A program made the position numbers and the translations under genes. Below the pieces are notes generated by a model that saw nothing but the letters and a program-made list of their open reading frames with translations, had not been told where the DNA came from and did no database searches. Below, piece after piece: positions 37,803 through 47,476 of a DNA stretch of 48,272 nucleotides. Origin of the DNA: an uncultured Rhodobacter sp. (GTDB lineage: Bacteria > Pseudomonadota > Alphaproteobacteria > Rhodobacterales > Rhodobacteraceae); NCBI GenBank assembly GCA_964466385.1, contig CAYXNM010000001.1:1-48272 (forward strand), given 5' to 3'. How positions within the stretch are numbered: position 1 is the first letter of the stretch; every line of letters starts with the position of its first letter.

Positions 37803-38903
37803 TCAGCCGTCCTCCAGATGAAGGATCATGCCAAGCGCGAAAAGGATCGCCGAAATGGGCGGCACCCAGGCCGCCGCCATGACCGGAACCGCACCGTTGG
37901 AGCCGAGAATTTCGGCGAAATCCTGAAGAATGAACACCGCAAGCCCGACCAGAACCGTAATCAAGACCATCAGTCCGACGCGCGCCGACCGCGAGTGGCG
38001 CATGGAAAAGGCCGCCCCCAGCATGACCATGCCCACCAGCAACAACGGCATTGCAAGCTCGATCTGGAAATGAACGCGGTGACGGCTGGTGGAAAAACCC
38101 GAACGCTCCAGCCGCGAAATGAAGCTGCGGGTGTCCCAGATGGAGATGGTGGCAGGATCCCCGAAACTGTTGAGAATCTGGTCTCTGGTGAGGTCGGAGG
38201 GCAGCGAAAGGCTGGTGAACTCCTTTGCGGTCTTGTCAGGCACGCGGCCTGGTTGATTGATTTGCCAGAATTTACCCGGCCCCAGATTCCAGGCCCCGTT
38301 TGAAAGCGAGGCATAGTTGGCCTCGATCCGACGCAGCGCGATTCCCGCGTCCGAAAACTCAAAAAAGGTAACGCCGGACAGGCGCGTTGCATCGAAATTC
38401 GCGCGGTTTGCAAAAATCACGGTCTGCCCCGACGGGCTGCCCTGCCGCAGCCACAAACCCGAACGGCTGAGCGAAAAGGACGACAATGTGCCGCTCTTGT
38501 AGCGCCCGGTCTCGCTTTCGAATTGTCGCAACGTGGCGGAGGCCAGCGGATTGAACGCAAGGATCGCCACCAGACCGACCGCGAAAATGGTCAAAACCGG
38601 TGCGATGAGTGATTTCAGCGCCGAAAAACCTGCGGCGCGGGTCGCCACAAGCTCGCTTGTGCGGCTCAACCCCAGATAAAGCGTAAGCGAGCTCAGGATC
38701 ACGATCATGGGCAAAAGCTGATAAACCCCCGTCGGCGCCTTGAGAAATGCCAGGCGCAAGGTATCGGTCAGCCCGACCCTTGCACTGTCAAACTGCCCCA
38801 GCAATGCGGTTGCATCGGTAATGACCGCGAGCGCAAAAAAACTGGCGAACAACGCAAGAAACCGCCACAGGAAACGCCGCGCAAGGTAAAGGTGAAGCGT
38901 CAT
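37803..38903 (-). CDS. lptG: LPS export ABC transporter permease LptG
   Basis: The YjgP/YjgQ family topology is present, with N-terminus MTLHLYLARRFL. It overlaps lptF in an ATGA junction and ends 1 nt before the lptD start. Confidence 0.85.
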   Translation of the reverse strand: MTLHLYLARRFLWRFLALFASFFALAVITDATALLGQFDSARVGLTDTLRLAFLKAPTGVYQLLPMIVILSSLTLYLGLSRTSELVATRAAGFSALKSLIAPVLTIFAVGLVAILAFNPLASATLRQFESETGRYKSGTLSSFSLSRSGLWLRQGSPSGQTVIFANRANFDATRLSGVTFFEFSDAGIALRRIEANYASLSNGAWNLGPGKFWQINQPGRVPDKTAKEFTSLSLPSDLTRDQILNSFGDPATISIWDTRSFISRLERSGFSTSRHRVHFQIELAMPLLLVGMVMLGAAFSMRHSRSARVGLMVLITVLVGLAVFILQDFAEILGSNGAVPVMAAAWVPPISAILFALGMILHLEDG

Positions 38904-40039
38904 GCCGTCACCTCGTCCGGTGTGCGCGCGGTCCGGCCGTGGCCCGCGCCGCGGCGCGAGACGGACCTCAGCATCAGGCCGACCAGCACAAACCCCAGAA
39001 GGTCAGGCGCGTAGATCAGTCCCCAAAGCGAAATGTCCTTGTTGATCAGGTCCCGCAGCGGCACGGATATCGTTCCGAGCAGAACGACGACTGCAATCGC
39101 GCCGAGAACCTGGCGCATCACCCCGAAGCGGCTGAAGCTTCCCAGCATCAAAACGGCCATCCCGATCAGCGGGTAAACCAGCGACTGAAGCGGTTGTTCA
39201 AGCCGCCGGTGTGCCTCCAGCCAGAGGTTTTCCACCGTCAGTTTCGGGCCGACCAGCATGCCGGGGGTCGGGGACAGGAGGGCCAGTGTCGAATATTCCT
39301 GCAAGCGCCGCGGCACGTCGTCCGGCGCGCCGATCAGCGAGCCGATGTCAAAAACGAACTCGTCAAACTGTATTTTCGTCAGCAACAGGTTTTCGGTGTC
39401 AAATGTCTGGATGAGGCCGTCAAACATCACCAGCCGCGCCTTGGTATCGGCGCGCAACAGCACCGCCTTGTGCGCCGTATAGGTAAGATCGCGCGCCTTG
39501 TCCCGGCGGTCGAAAAGAAAGATATCGATGAGCGAGCCGTCGTCCTTGATGTCCCCGACGAAAAAGGTGACATCGTCCGTGGGGTGCAGGAATTTCCCCC
39601 CGACGATCAACCGGGTGGCCATGTCGTCGGCCAGTTCGTGCTGACGATTGTTGAGCATCAGAAGGCTGGTCGGAACCAGATAGTGGCTGAGCGCGCTGGC
39701 CAGCAGAAAAACGATCACCCCAAAGATCAGGAATGGCCGCATCAGGCGAAAGGCAGTGAATCCGGCGGCCTGAAAAACCACCATTTCGCTTTCCGAATGA
39801 AGCCTGTTGCTGACGTAAATCGCGGCGGCGAATGACACCACGGGCAGGACAATCGCCACGACCTGCGGCAAAAAGAGAATCATGATTTCCAGAAAAACCA
39901 TCACCGACTGGCCATCGCCGATCAACTGGTCAAACAAACCGATTGCCCGGCCTGTCCAGTAAACGCCGATCAGAATCAGCGCAAAAATGGCAAACGGTCC
40001 CATGAGCTGGGACAGAATATATCTGTCAATCTTCGCCAA
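38900..40039 (-). CDS. lptF: LPS export ABC transporter permease LptF
   Basis: The N-terminus is MAKIDRYILSQLMGPF (TTG start). It is a YjgP/YjgQ family member, divergent from pepA as in many proteobacteria. Confidence 0.85.
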   Translation of the reverse strand: MAKIDRYILSQLMGPFAIFALILIGVYWTGRAIGLFDQLIGDGQSVMVFLEIMILFLPQVVAIVLPVVSFAAAIYVSNRLHSESEMVVFQAAGFTAFRLMRPFLIFGVIVFLLASALSHYLVPTSLLMLNNRQHELADDMATRLIVGGKFLHPTDDVTFFVGDIKDDGSLIDIFLFDRRDKARDLTYTAHKAVLLRADTKARLVMFDGLIQTFDTENLLLTKIQFDEFVFDIGSLIGAPDDVPRRLQEYSTLALLSPTPGMLVGPKLTVENLWLEAHRRLEQPLQSLVYPLIGMAVLMLGSFSRFGVMRQVLGAIAVVVLLGTISVPLRDLINKDISLWGLIYAPDLLGFVLVGLMLRSVSRRGAGHGRTARTPDEVTA

Positions 40040-40180
40040 TTTTTTTTCCGACGCTGCCTCTGTCCGGTATTTTTGAACAAATTAGCCTAAAAAGACGTTC
40101 GGCAACAGACTTATCTGGAACTTTTGCAAGCGGCTCGCTAGGTATCTGGTAGCACCATGCAAAAACGAGGAAACCACGCC

Positions 40181-41647
40181 ATGACGTTACCCGCCGCAAT
40201 CGAATTTTTGGCCTCTGATCCCGCGGAAATTGCTGAAATGAAAGGAAAAATCGCCATTTTCGTCGGGGAAGACGGCGCGATGGACGCGCTGGCGCGAAAG
40301 GTGAACACGCTCAGCCGGGGGGCCGTCAGGCGGTTGAGCGAGAGCAAGGCATTCGCAAAATCGAAAACCGGCAGCGGCCATGTTCTGGCTTTTCCCACCG
40401 GATTGGCGGCGGATGCTGTACAGATCGTCAAGCTTGCGCGCAGGCCGGACCTTGAAACAGCCCGCAAATCCGGGGCCACCATCGCGCAGTTCGCGGACCG
40501 CGGCGAAATCAGCGTCCTTGCCGGCACCAATGCGCGCAATGCGGATATTGCCTTTGGGTTTACGCTGAAGGCGTATCATTTCGATGCCCACAAGAGCGGC
40601 GAAAAAAAACCTTCCGGTGCCGTTCGGTTCATGGTCTCGCACCCAGAGAAGGTCGCGGCCCTCGCGCAGCCGATGGCGGCGGTTGCCGAAGGTGTGTTTT
40701 TCACGCGCGACCTTGTCAACGAGCCTGCGAACATCCTGACGACGAACGATTTCGCGGCCCGTCTGGCGGCCATGCACGACCTTGGCCTCAGCGTCACCAT
40801 TCTGGAGGAGGACGCGCTTGAAGAACTTGGCATGGGCGCCTTGCTGGGGGTTGGCGAAGGGTCAGCCTCGCCCACCAAGATCGTGGTGATGGAATGGAAA
40901 GGCGGCGGCGACGAAGCCCCGTTTGCACTGGTCGGCAAAGGGGTGGTCTTTGACACGGGCGGCATCTCGATAAAGCCGGCTGCGGGTATGGAAGACATGA
41001 CAATGGACATGGGCGGCGCCGGCGTCGTTGCCGGGGTCATGCGCGCCGTGGCGCTGCGACGGGCTAAGGCCAATGTGGTCGGTGTTGTCGGGCTGGTGGA
41101 AAACATGCCCGACGGACGCGCGCAACGCCCCGGCGACGTCGTGACCTCGATGAAAGGCGATACCATCGAAGTCATCAACACCGACGCCGAAGGTCGCTTG
41201 GTTCTGGCCGATGCGCTTTGGTATACGCAGCAGACATTCAAACCCTGCGCCATGGTCAATCTTGCGACTCTGACCGGCGCGATTATCGTCGGGCTGGGGC
41301 ACGAAAACGCCGGGGTATTCTCCAACAACGATGCGTTTTGCGAGCGTTTTCTGAAATCGGCGCGGCTTGAAAACGAAGGTGCGTGGCGGATGCCCATGGG
41401 CAAGGCCTATGATGATTTGCTGAAATCGCGGATCGCGGACATGAAAAACGTGGGTGGCCGACCCGCCGGGTCGATCACCGCCGCGCAGTTCCTGCGTCGG
41501 TTCGTCAGCGAAGACGTGCCGTGGATACACCTCGACATCGCGGGCGTGGCGCTTTTGAAAGGGTCAAGCGCACTGGCGCCCAAAGGCGCGACGGGCTGGG
41601 GCGTCCGTGCGCTTGACCGTTTGATCCGGGACCATTACGAAAACTGA
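40181..41647 (+). CDS. pepA: Leucyl aminopeptidase PepA (M17)
   Basis: The NTDAEGRL motif (VINTDAEGRLVLAD) and VGKGVVFDTGGISIKP are present. I prefer the ATG at 40181 (GAGGAA Shine-Dalgarno) over 40157. Confidence 0.95.
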   Translation: MTLPAAIEFLASDPAEIAEMKGKIAIFVGEDGAMDALARKVNTLSRGAVRRLSESKAFAKSKTGSGHVLAFPTGLAADAVQIVKLARRPDLETARKSGATIAQFADRGEISVLAGTNARNADIAFGFTLKAYHFDAHKSGEKKPSGAVRFMVSHPEKVAALAQPMAAVAEGVFFTRDLVNEPANILTTNDFAARLAAMHDLGLSVTILEEDALEELGMGALLGVGEGSASPTKIVVMEWKGGGDEAPFALVGKGVVFDTGGISIKPAAGMEDMTMDMGGAGVVAGVMRAVALRRAKANVVGVVGLVENMPDGRAQRPGDVVTSMKGDTIEVINTDAEGRLVLADALWYTQQTFKPCAMVNLATLTGAIIVGLGHENAGVFSNNDAFCERFLKSARLENEGAWRMPMGKAYDDLLKSRIADMKNVGGRPAGSITAAQFLRRFVSEDVPWIHLDIAGVALLKGSSALAPKGATGWGVRALDRLIRDHYEN

Positions 41648-42123
41648 TGTCCGAAGCCTTTTTCTATCACCTGACACGAACAGGCCTTGAGCCGCTGTTG
41701 GCCGGTCTATTGGAGAAATCTTTGGCGCGGAATTGGCGCGTCAACTTGCGTGTGGGTGATAAAGATCGACTGTCCTGGCTGGACGAACGCCTTTGGTCGC
41801 ATCCGGAGGACAGCTTTCTGCCCCATGCCTGCGCCGGGCAGGAGAACGATTCCGAACAGCCGGTTTTGCTGACGTGTGGCCTGGAAAACGCCAATAATGC
41901 CGACGTTTTGATCGCCGTTGATGGGGCCGGGGTATTGCCCGGCGAAATCAACGCCTTCCAGCGCGTTTCGATTGTTTTCAACGGCAACGACGAGGCGGCA
42001 ACCCAGAAAGCCCGCGCCGAATGGGCCGCGATCACCAAGGCCGGTCTGCCAGCGCGATATTGGTCACAGGGACCGGATGGCTGGGCCGAGACTGCCTCAA
42101 AAAATGTCGGAGACACGGGGTAG
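41647..42123 (+). CDS. holC: DNA polymerase III chi subunit
   Basis: The pattern FFYHLTRTGLE...LDERLW...FLPH is typical of HolC. It sits directly after pepA, the canonical pairing. Confidence 0.8.
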   Translation: MSEAFFYHLTRTGLEPLLAGLLEKSLARNWRVNLRVGDKDRLSWLDERLWSHPEDSFLPHACAGQENDSEQPVLLTCGLENANNADVLIAVDGAGVLPGEINAFQRVSIVFNGNDEAATQKARAEWAAITKAGLPARYWSQGPDGWAETASKNVGDTG

Positions 42124-42189
42124 AGCGTCGCGATTTGTGATCACAACACCAATTCGAAAGCGGGCCGGATGTCCGGACAACAGATGCGC

Positions 42190-42771
42190 TCACCTTGTCA
42201 GGATCAGCGTGTCGCCCACGATTTCGAGCCGGGAAAACAGCGACAGATAGCTCATCCCCAACAGCGAACCGGGCATTTCACCGTCATTGACCCAGGCCGT
42301 GACGTTCTGATCCTGAAAACCAGCAAATCTCACTGTTTTCAGCTTGATACGTGCCGTTCTTACAGTTCCGTTCGCGGTCTGTGCCTGCCCGATATAGGCC
42401 AGCGCGTCGGGATCAACGCCGATCCGGCGGGCATCTTCAGCCGACAGCACCATGTCGGTCGCCCCCGTGTCGATCACGAAAGAAATCGCGACGTCGTTGA
42501 CTTTCAGCGTCGCATAGAAATGCCGGTCCGTGGAGCGCGCGATCGCGATCCTGCCCGCATCGATTTCAATCGCGCTCTTTGGCATGGTTTGAAAACGCAA
42601 CTCGTCCTTCAGGCCATAAAGGATGACCCCGCCCGCAAAGAGGAAAAACCACAGAATCGCCTGTTGCAGCGTTTTGGACAGGTTTTGGCGGTTCTGCGCA
42701 AAGAACCACCCCGCGACCATGAGGCCGAGCAGCGCCAGATAGACCAGTCTGAGTGTTGCGTCGGTGCCCAT
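42190..42771 (-). CDS. Membrane-anchored retropepsin-like (clan AA, TIGR02281-type) aspartic protease
   Basis: It has two N-terminal TM helices followed by FVIDTGATDMVLS (the D-T-G active-site motif) and a C-terminal LLGMSYL block. Confidence 0.75.
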   Translation of the reverse strand: MGTDATLRLVYLALLGLMVAGWFFAQNRQNLSKTLQQAILWFFLFAGGVILYGLKDELRFQTMPKSAIEIDAGRIAIARSTDRHFYATLKVNDVAISFVIDTGATDMVLSAEDARRIGVDPDALAYIGQAQTANGTVRTARIKLKTVRFAGFQDQNVTAWVNDGEMPGSLLGMSYLSLFSRLEIVGDTLILTR

Positions 42772-44631
42772 TCAACGCGCCTCGGCCCGTTCCTGTTGCT
42801 CCAGTGCGGCCATCCACATCGCCTCGGCCCGCTCAAGCGCCTGTGTCAGTTCGGCTTTCTTGTTCTGTAGCATTTCGAGACGATCCCGATCACCGCTGGT
42901 GTAAAGCGCCGGGTCGGCCAGTTTCTGATCGAGTTTTTGTTGCATCACTTGCAACTTGGTGACGCGGGCCTCGCATTTTAAGGCCTCGGTGCGCAATCGG
43001 GCGACGGATTTTTTGGGTCTCTCCGGCGCGGCGGGCGTGCCCGGTTTGGGTTTGTCGGCCGCTGTTTTTGATCTGTCAGACAGCAGGAATTTTCGGTAGG
43101 CGGCCAGATCCTCTTTGTAAACAACGACTTTACCATCGTTTACAAGCCACAGCCGGTCGGCGGACAAGGACACGAGGTGGGGGTCGTGGCTGACCAGAAT
43201 GATCGCGCCCTGATAGTCGTTCAGTGCCGTGACCAGCGCCTCGCGGCTTTGGATGTCAAGGTGGTTCGTCGGTTCGTCAAGGATCAGGATATGCGGTGCG
43301 TCCAGCGTGGCGATCAACAGCGAAAGGCGGGATTTCTGCCCGCCCGACAGCTTGGCCACGATCGTTTCGGCCTGCTCGGCACCCAACCCGCCCGCTGCAA
43401 GGCGCGAGCGCAACCGCCCCGGCGTTTCCAGGGGACGCAGTGCGCGCAGGTGCTGAAGCGGGGTTTCTGACAACTCAAGCTCGTCAACCTGATGTTGGGC
43501 AAAATACCCGATCCGCAGTTTGGAGGACGCATGCAAACTGCCGTCGATGGGTTTAAGTTTACCGGCCAACAGCTTGGAAAGGGTAGATTTTCCCTGACCG
43601 TTTGCGCCCAGCAACGCGATCCTGTCATCCTGGTCGATCCGAAGGTCGAGATCCCGCAGAACAGGCTTTCCGCCGTATCCCACCGATGTCCCGTCAAGCT
43701 TTATGATCGGCGGTGAAAGTTCCTCGGGCGAGGGGAAATTGAAGGCAACCGTGCGGGCCTCCTCCTCGGCGGCGATCGGCACCATGCGTTCGATCATCTT
43801 CAGACGCGACTGCGCCTGTTTGGCCTTGTTGGCCTGATAACGAAACCGGTCCACATAGGATTGCAGATGCGCGCGCCGCGCCTCCTGTTTCTTCTTCTGC
43901 GACTGCGCCTGCGCCAGTTTTTCACGCCGCAGCCGGTCGAACTGGTCATACCCCCCCGACCAGAGCGTCAGGGACATGTCGGACAGGTGCAGGATCGAGT
44001 TGACCGACCGATTGAGCAGGTCCCTGTCATGGCTGATGACCACGACCGTGTGGGGATAGCGCGCCAGATAGCTTTCCAGCCAGATCGTGCCTTCCAGATC
44101 CAGATAGTTGGTGGGTTCGTCCAACAGCAGGATATCGGGCTGGGCAAACAACACCCCGGCAAGCGCAACGCGCATGCGCCAACCGCCGGAAAAATCAGCG
44201 CATGGCCGCGATTGTGCGGCTTCATCAAATCCCAGCCCCGAAAGGATTGTCGCCGCGCGGGACTGTGCCGACCAGGCGTCGATATCCTGAAGACGCCCGT
44301 GAATTTCTGCGATCCGGTCGCCGTCGGTGGCAATCTCGACCTCCTCCAGAAGGGCGGTGCGTTCGGTATCGGCGTTCAGAACCGTTTCCAGCAACGCGCA
44401 CTGACTGGCGGGCGCTTCCTGTGCGACCCCGCCGATTCGTGCACCGCGCGGCGTGGTGATCGTGCCGCTCTCCAGCGTCAGTTCACCCGTTATCAGACGA
44501 AACAGCGTTGTTTTTCCTGTGCCGTTGCGCCCGACAAAACCGACCTTGTGCCCGGTCGGGATGACAGCCGAGGCGTCGTTGAACAAGGGGCGGCCCTCGA
44601 TCGAGAAACTGATATCCTGAATGCGTAACAT
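42772..44631 (-). CDS. ABC-F family ATPase (Uup/YheS-like translation-associated factor)
   Basis: Two ABC domains are present, with Walker A motifs GRNGTGKTT and GANGQGKST and signatures FSGGWRMR and LSGGQKSR. There are no TM segments, and the C-terminal tail is a coiled coil. I prefer the ATG at 44631 over the listed GTG at 44655. Confidence 0.9.
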   Translation of the reverse strand: MLRIQDISFSIEGRPLFNDASAVIPTGHKVGFVGRNGTGKTTLFRLITGELTLESGTITTPRGARIGGVAQEAPASQCALLETVLNADTERTALLEEVEIATDGDRIAEIHGRLQDIDAWSAQSRAATILSGLGFDEAAQSRPCADFSGGWRMRVALAGVLFAQPDILLLDEPTNYLDLEGTIWLESYLARYPHTVVVISHDRDLLNRSVNSILHLSDMSLTLWSGGYDQFDRLRREKLAQAQSQKKKQEARRAHLQSYVDRFRYQANKAKQAQSRLKMIERMVPIAAEEEARTVAFNFPSPEELSPPIIKLDGTSVGYGGKPVLRDLDLRIDQDDRIALLGANGQGKSTLSKLLAGKLKPIDGSLHASSKLRIGYFAQHQVDELELSETPLQHLRALRPLETPGRLRSRLAAGGLGAEQAETIVAKLSGGQKSRLSLLIATLDAPHILILDEPTNHLDIQSREALVTALNDYQGAIILVSHDPHLVSLSADRLWLVNDGKVVVYKEDLAAYRKFLLSDRSKTAADKPKPGTPAAPERPKKSVARLRTEALKCEARVTKLQVMQQKLDQKLADPALYTSGDRDRLEMLQNKKAELTQALERAEAMWMAALEQQERAEAR

Positions 44632-44768
44632 GGCGGCATTTGCCCCATTCGGCACGCGGCTGTCAATCGACGGTGATTTCGCGCCTTTTCAATGGCAATT
44701 CGCCATGATACGCAGCCGCCAATCTATTCCGGGGCCGTGGCCTCCAACATCAACGAAAGGACACGCCG

Positions 44769-45191
44769 ATGGCTGTTCAACGCACATTCTCGATCATCAA
44801 ACCCGATGCCACAAAACGCAACCTGACCGGTGCGATCGTCGCCAAATTCGAGGAGGCCGGTCTGCGTGTCGTTGCCTCCAAACGCGTTCACCTGACCAAG
44901 GCGCAGGCGGGTGTCTTTTATGCGGTTCATGCCGCGCGTCCTTTTTACGACGAGCTTTGCACCTTCATGTCTTCGGCCCCGATCGTTGCACAAGTGCTTG
45001 AAGGGGAAGACGCGATTGCCAAAAACCGCGAAGTCATGGGCGCGACCAACCCCGCCGATGCCGCAGCAGGCACAATCCGGGCGGAATTTGCGCAATCCAT
45101 GGGTGAAAACTCGGTCCATGGCTCGGACGCACCTGAAACCGCCGCCGAAGAAATTGCCTATTTCTTTTCCGGTCTGGAACTGGTGGGCTGA
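44769..45191 (+). CDS. ndk: Nucleoside diphosphate kinase
   Basis: Motifs [10 protein letters not shown] and NSVHGSD are present. 140 aa. Confidence 0.97.
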   Translation: MAVQRTFSIIKPDATKRNLTGAIVAKFEEAGLRVVASKRVHLTKAQAGVFYAVHAARPFYDELCTFMSSAPIVAQVLEGEDAIAKNREVMGATNPADAAAGTIRAEFAQSMGENSVHGSDAPETAAEEIAYFFSGLELVG

Positions 45192-45526
45192 GGGCTTCGC
45201 ACCACGACACCAATCGCATCAAGGGCCGCCTCCAATTCGGTGCGGCCCTTTTCATTTGACGTCATCATTGCTTTCAAGGCGTCAAAGCGCTTGCGCAGGG
45301 CGGTCTTTTCGGCGCCCGCGCAATCGTTCCAGGGACGCCCCTGCAACCCCATGACAAGGGCATAGTACCCGATGAAATGGGGTTTTGTCCCGGTGGCCAG
45401 CAAGCGCCGGTAAGCTTCGTCAGGCCCGATTTCGTGCACGCTGCCTGCGCTGTGAATGCCAGCGCGCGCGAATGCCGCCTCGCTGGCCGGGCCGAGGTTC
45501 CGGATGGTTGAAACCGGCGAAATCAT
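45158..45526 (-). CDS. TfoX C-terminal domain-only protein
   Basis: 122 aa. [36 protein letters not shown]...[12 protein letters not shown] matches the TfoX_C helix-hairpin-helix pattern. Its ATG overlaps the purN stop (ATGA). Confidence 0.7.
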   Translation of the reverse strand: MISPVSTIRNLGPASEAAFARAGIHSAGSVHEIGPDEAYRRLLATGTKPHFIGYYALVMGLQGRPWNDCAGAEKTALRKRFDALKAMMTSNEKGRTELEAALDAIGVVVRSPQPTSSRPEKK

Positions 45527-46119
45527 GGCAGAAACAAAGGGGCCGGGTCGCCCGACGCGAAACGGTGCAGAACGGCGGGGTAAAGGCGGTGTTCCATCTT
45601 CAGAACGCGCGCGGCCAGCGTTTGGGGCGTGTCTCCGCTCTTGATTGGTACGCGCGCCTGCCCCAGAACCGGGCCGTCGTCCAGTGCTGCGGTGACCCGG
45701 TGGACCGTGCAGCCATGAACATCGTCACCCGCCGCGATCGCCCGCGCGTGGGTGTTTAACCCTTTGTATTTCGGTAATAATGACGGGTGGATATTCAATA
45801 TGCCATCGCCCCAGCGGGAAACGAAATCGGCGCTGAGAACACGCATGAACCCCGCAAGGCACAGAATGTCCGCCCCGGCGCTATTCAGAACGCGGTGCAT
45901 CTCATGCTCAAAACCCACGCGGTCGGGGCCGAATGCGGTGCGTTTGACCATCGCGGTTGCAACGCCCCGTTTTGCCGCCAGCGCAAGACCGGTTGCTTTT
46001 TCGCTGTCCCCAAGAACCAGCACCGGTCGCGCCGGGTGATCGTCTGTCATGCTGTCCAGCAGCGCCACCATGTTCGAACCACTGCCCGAAATCAGGACCG
46101 CGACGCGCAGCCGGGTCAC
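45523..46119 (-). CDS. purN: Phosphoribosylglycinamide formyltransferase PurN
   Basis: Motifs VAVLISGSGSN and NIHPSLLPKYKG are present. A GTGA overlap joins it to purM. Confidence 0.95.
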   Translation of the reverse strand: MTRLRVAVLISGSGSNMVALLDSMTDDHPARPVLVLGDSEKATGLALAAKRGVATAMVKRTAFGPDRVGFEHEMHRVLNSAGADILCLAGFMRVLSADFVSRWGDGILNIHPSLLPKYKGLNTHARAIAAGDDVHGCTVHRVTAALDDGPVLGQARVPIKSGDTPQTLAARVLKMEHRLYPAVLHRFASGDPAPLFLP

Positions 46120-47162
46120 GAAAGCGTGCCGGTATACTGCACGCCGCTACCCCTGATCACGTGCCCGATCGGCATGACGGTTTCGCCGTTGTCGCGAAGG
46201 ATCGTCGCGATGTCATCGGCAGTTTCACGGGCGACAATGGCGACCATGCCAATCCCTGCATTGAACGTGCGCAAGAGTTCCGAAGTCGCAAGACCCCCCG
46301 TCGCGGACAGCCACTTGAACACTTCAGGCAGAGGCCACGTTCCAAGATCAACCTCAACCGCGCACCCTTCGGGCAGCGCGCGGGGCAGGTTTTCGCTGAG
46401 CCCGCCGCCGGTAATATGTGCCAGCGCATGCAATCCGTCATTTCCAAGCGCGGCGCGCAATGATCGCACATAGATGCGCGTTGGCGTCAAAAGCCCGGCT
46501 GCCAGCTTTCCGCTGCCAAACGGACAGTCCGCGTGCCAGGCAAGGCCCGAAATGTCCACGATCTTTCGGATCAGGGAATAGCCGTTGGAATGGGGCCCGC
46601 TTGAAGCAAGGCCCAACAGCACATCGCCAACCTCCACGTTGCGGGGCAGGGCGCCGCCGCGCTCCATCGCGCCAACGGAAAAGCCCGCAAGGTCGAAATC
46701 ATTCTGCGCATACATGCCTGGCATTTCCGCCGTCTCCCCGCCGATAAGGGCTGCGTCGGCAAGCTTGCAACCTTGTGCAATTCCGGCCACGACGTTCGCG
46801 GCGGCGTCGACGTCCAGATGACCGGACGCGAAATAATCCAGGAAAAACAGGGGCTCGGCACCCTGACAGATCAGATCGTTGACGCACATCGCGACCAGAT
46901 CGATCCCCACCGTGGTCAAATCGCCCCCATCGATGGCGACGCGCAGTTTGGTGCCGACGCCGTCCGTTGCCGCGACCAGCACCGGGTCCTTAAACCCGGC
47001 CGCCGCCAGATCAAAAAGCGCGCCGAAACCGCCAAGACCCTCCATCACGCCGGGCCGTGTCGTTGCCGCCGCCAGCGGTTTGATCCGTTCGACCAGCGCG
47101 TTTCCCGCCGCGATATCGACGCCTGAATCCTTGTAGCTCAACCCGTTCTTGATCCCAGACAT
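46116..47162 (-). CDS. purM: Phosphoribosylformylglycinamidine cyclo-ligase PurM
   Basis: Motifs SYKDSGVDI and TDGVGTK are present. I prefer the ATG at 47162 (MSGIKNGLSYK) over the listed 47183 start. Confidence 0.95.
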   Translation of the reverse strand: MSGIKNGLSYKDSGVDIAAGNALVERIKPLAAATTRPGVMEGLGGFGALFDLAAAGFKDPVLVAATDGVGTKLRVAIDGGDLTTVGIDLVAMCVNDLICQGAEPLFFLDYFASGHLDVDAAANVVAGIAQGCKLADAALIGGETAEMPGMYAQNDFDLAGFSVGAMERGGALPRNVEVGDVLLGLASSGPHSNGYSLIRKIVDISGLAWHADCPFGSGKLAAGLLTPTRIYVRSLRAALGNDGLHALAHITGGGLSENLPRALPEGCAVEVDLGTWPLPEVFKWLSATGGLATSELLRTFNAGIGMVAIVARETADDIATILRDNGETVMPIGHVIRGSGVQYTGTLS

Positions 47163-47237
47163 GCCCACCCCGCAACGCGCCAATCTCGCGCCCGTTTAGA
47201 CCAAAATCCTGACAAGGGAAAGACGCCTTTGGCCCAC

Positions 47238-47266
47238 TTGACCGGCTGAGCGGCCCTGTTTATGCA
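47238..47266 (+). promoter_or_regulatory. Sigma-70-like promoter for the tRNA gene
   Basis: TTGACC (47238-47243), a 17-nt spacer and TATGCA (47261-47266). The -10 element ends 10 nt before the predicted mature tRNA 5' end. Confidence 0.4.
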
Positions 47267-47276
47267 AGGCTCAGGC

Positions 47277-47353
47277 GGGCCTGTAGCTCAGTTGGTTAGA
47301 GCAGAGCGCTCATAACGCTTTGGTCGCAGGTTCGAGTCCTGCCGGGCCTACCA
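47277..47353 (+). tRNA. tRNA with CAT anticodon (elongator tRNA-Met; lysidine-modified tRNA-Ile2 not excluded)
   Basis: A manual cloverleaf fits. The elements in order are acceptor GGGCCTG, U8-A9, D-arm GCTC/AGTTGGTTA/GAGC, anticodon arm GAGCG/CTCATAA/CGCTT, variable TGGTC, T-arm GCAGG/TTCGAGT/CCTGC, acceptor CGGGCCT, A73 and an encoded CCA. Confidence 0.9.
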
Positions 47354-47476
47354 ACGCTCACCTCTTTCGCGTGGCCCTGAAATCGGCGGCCCAGACGGTT
47401 GCCCGCGGTCCGAATAGACGTTGAACCCGGGGCGGAAGCGGTGGTAGGGACGCGTTCCACCGACCGGGAAAAGCAC

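Noticed and set aside
40040-40180. Short direct repeat TATCTGG(A/T)A (about 40113 and about 40143) in the divergent lptF/pepA promoter region.
   Set aside because: It is only 7-8 bp, imperfect and present in two copies, which is within chance expectation for an AT-richer intergenic region.
42135-42146. A 12-bp palindrome, TTGTGATCACAA, lies downstream of holC. The same TGTGATCACA core occurs at 35-44 inside the endolysin gene. It looks like fused CRP/FNR-type half-sites.
   Set aside because: There are only two copies, and one lies within coding sequence. It lacks the N6 spacer of true CRP/FNR sites, and the post-hoc match could be chance. Not enough to call a motif.
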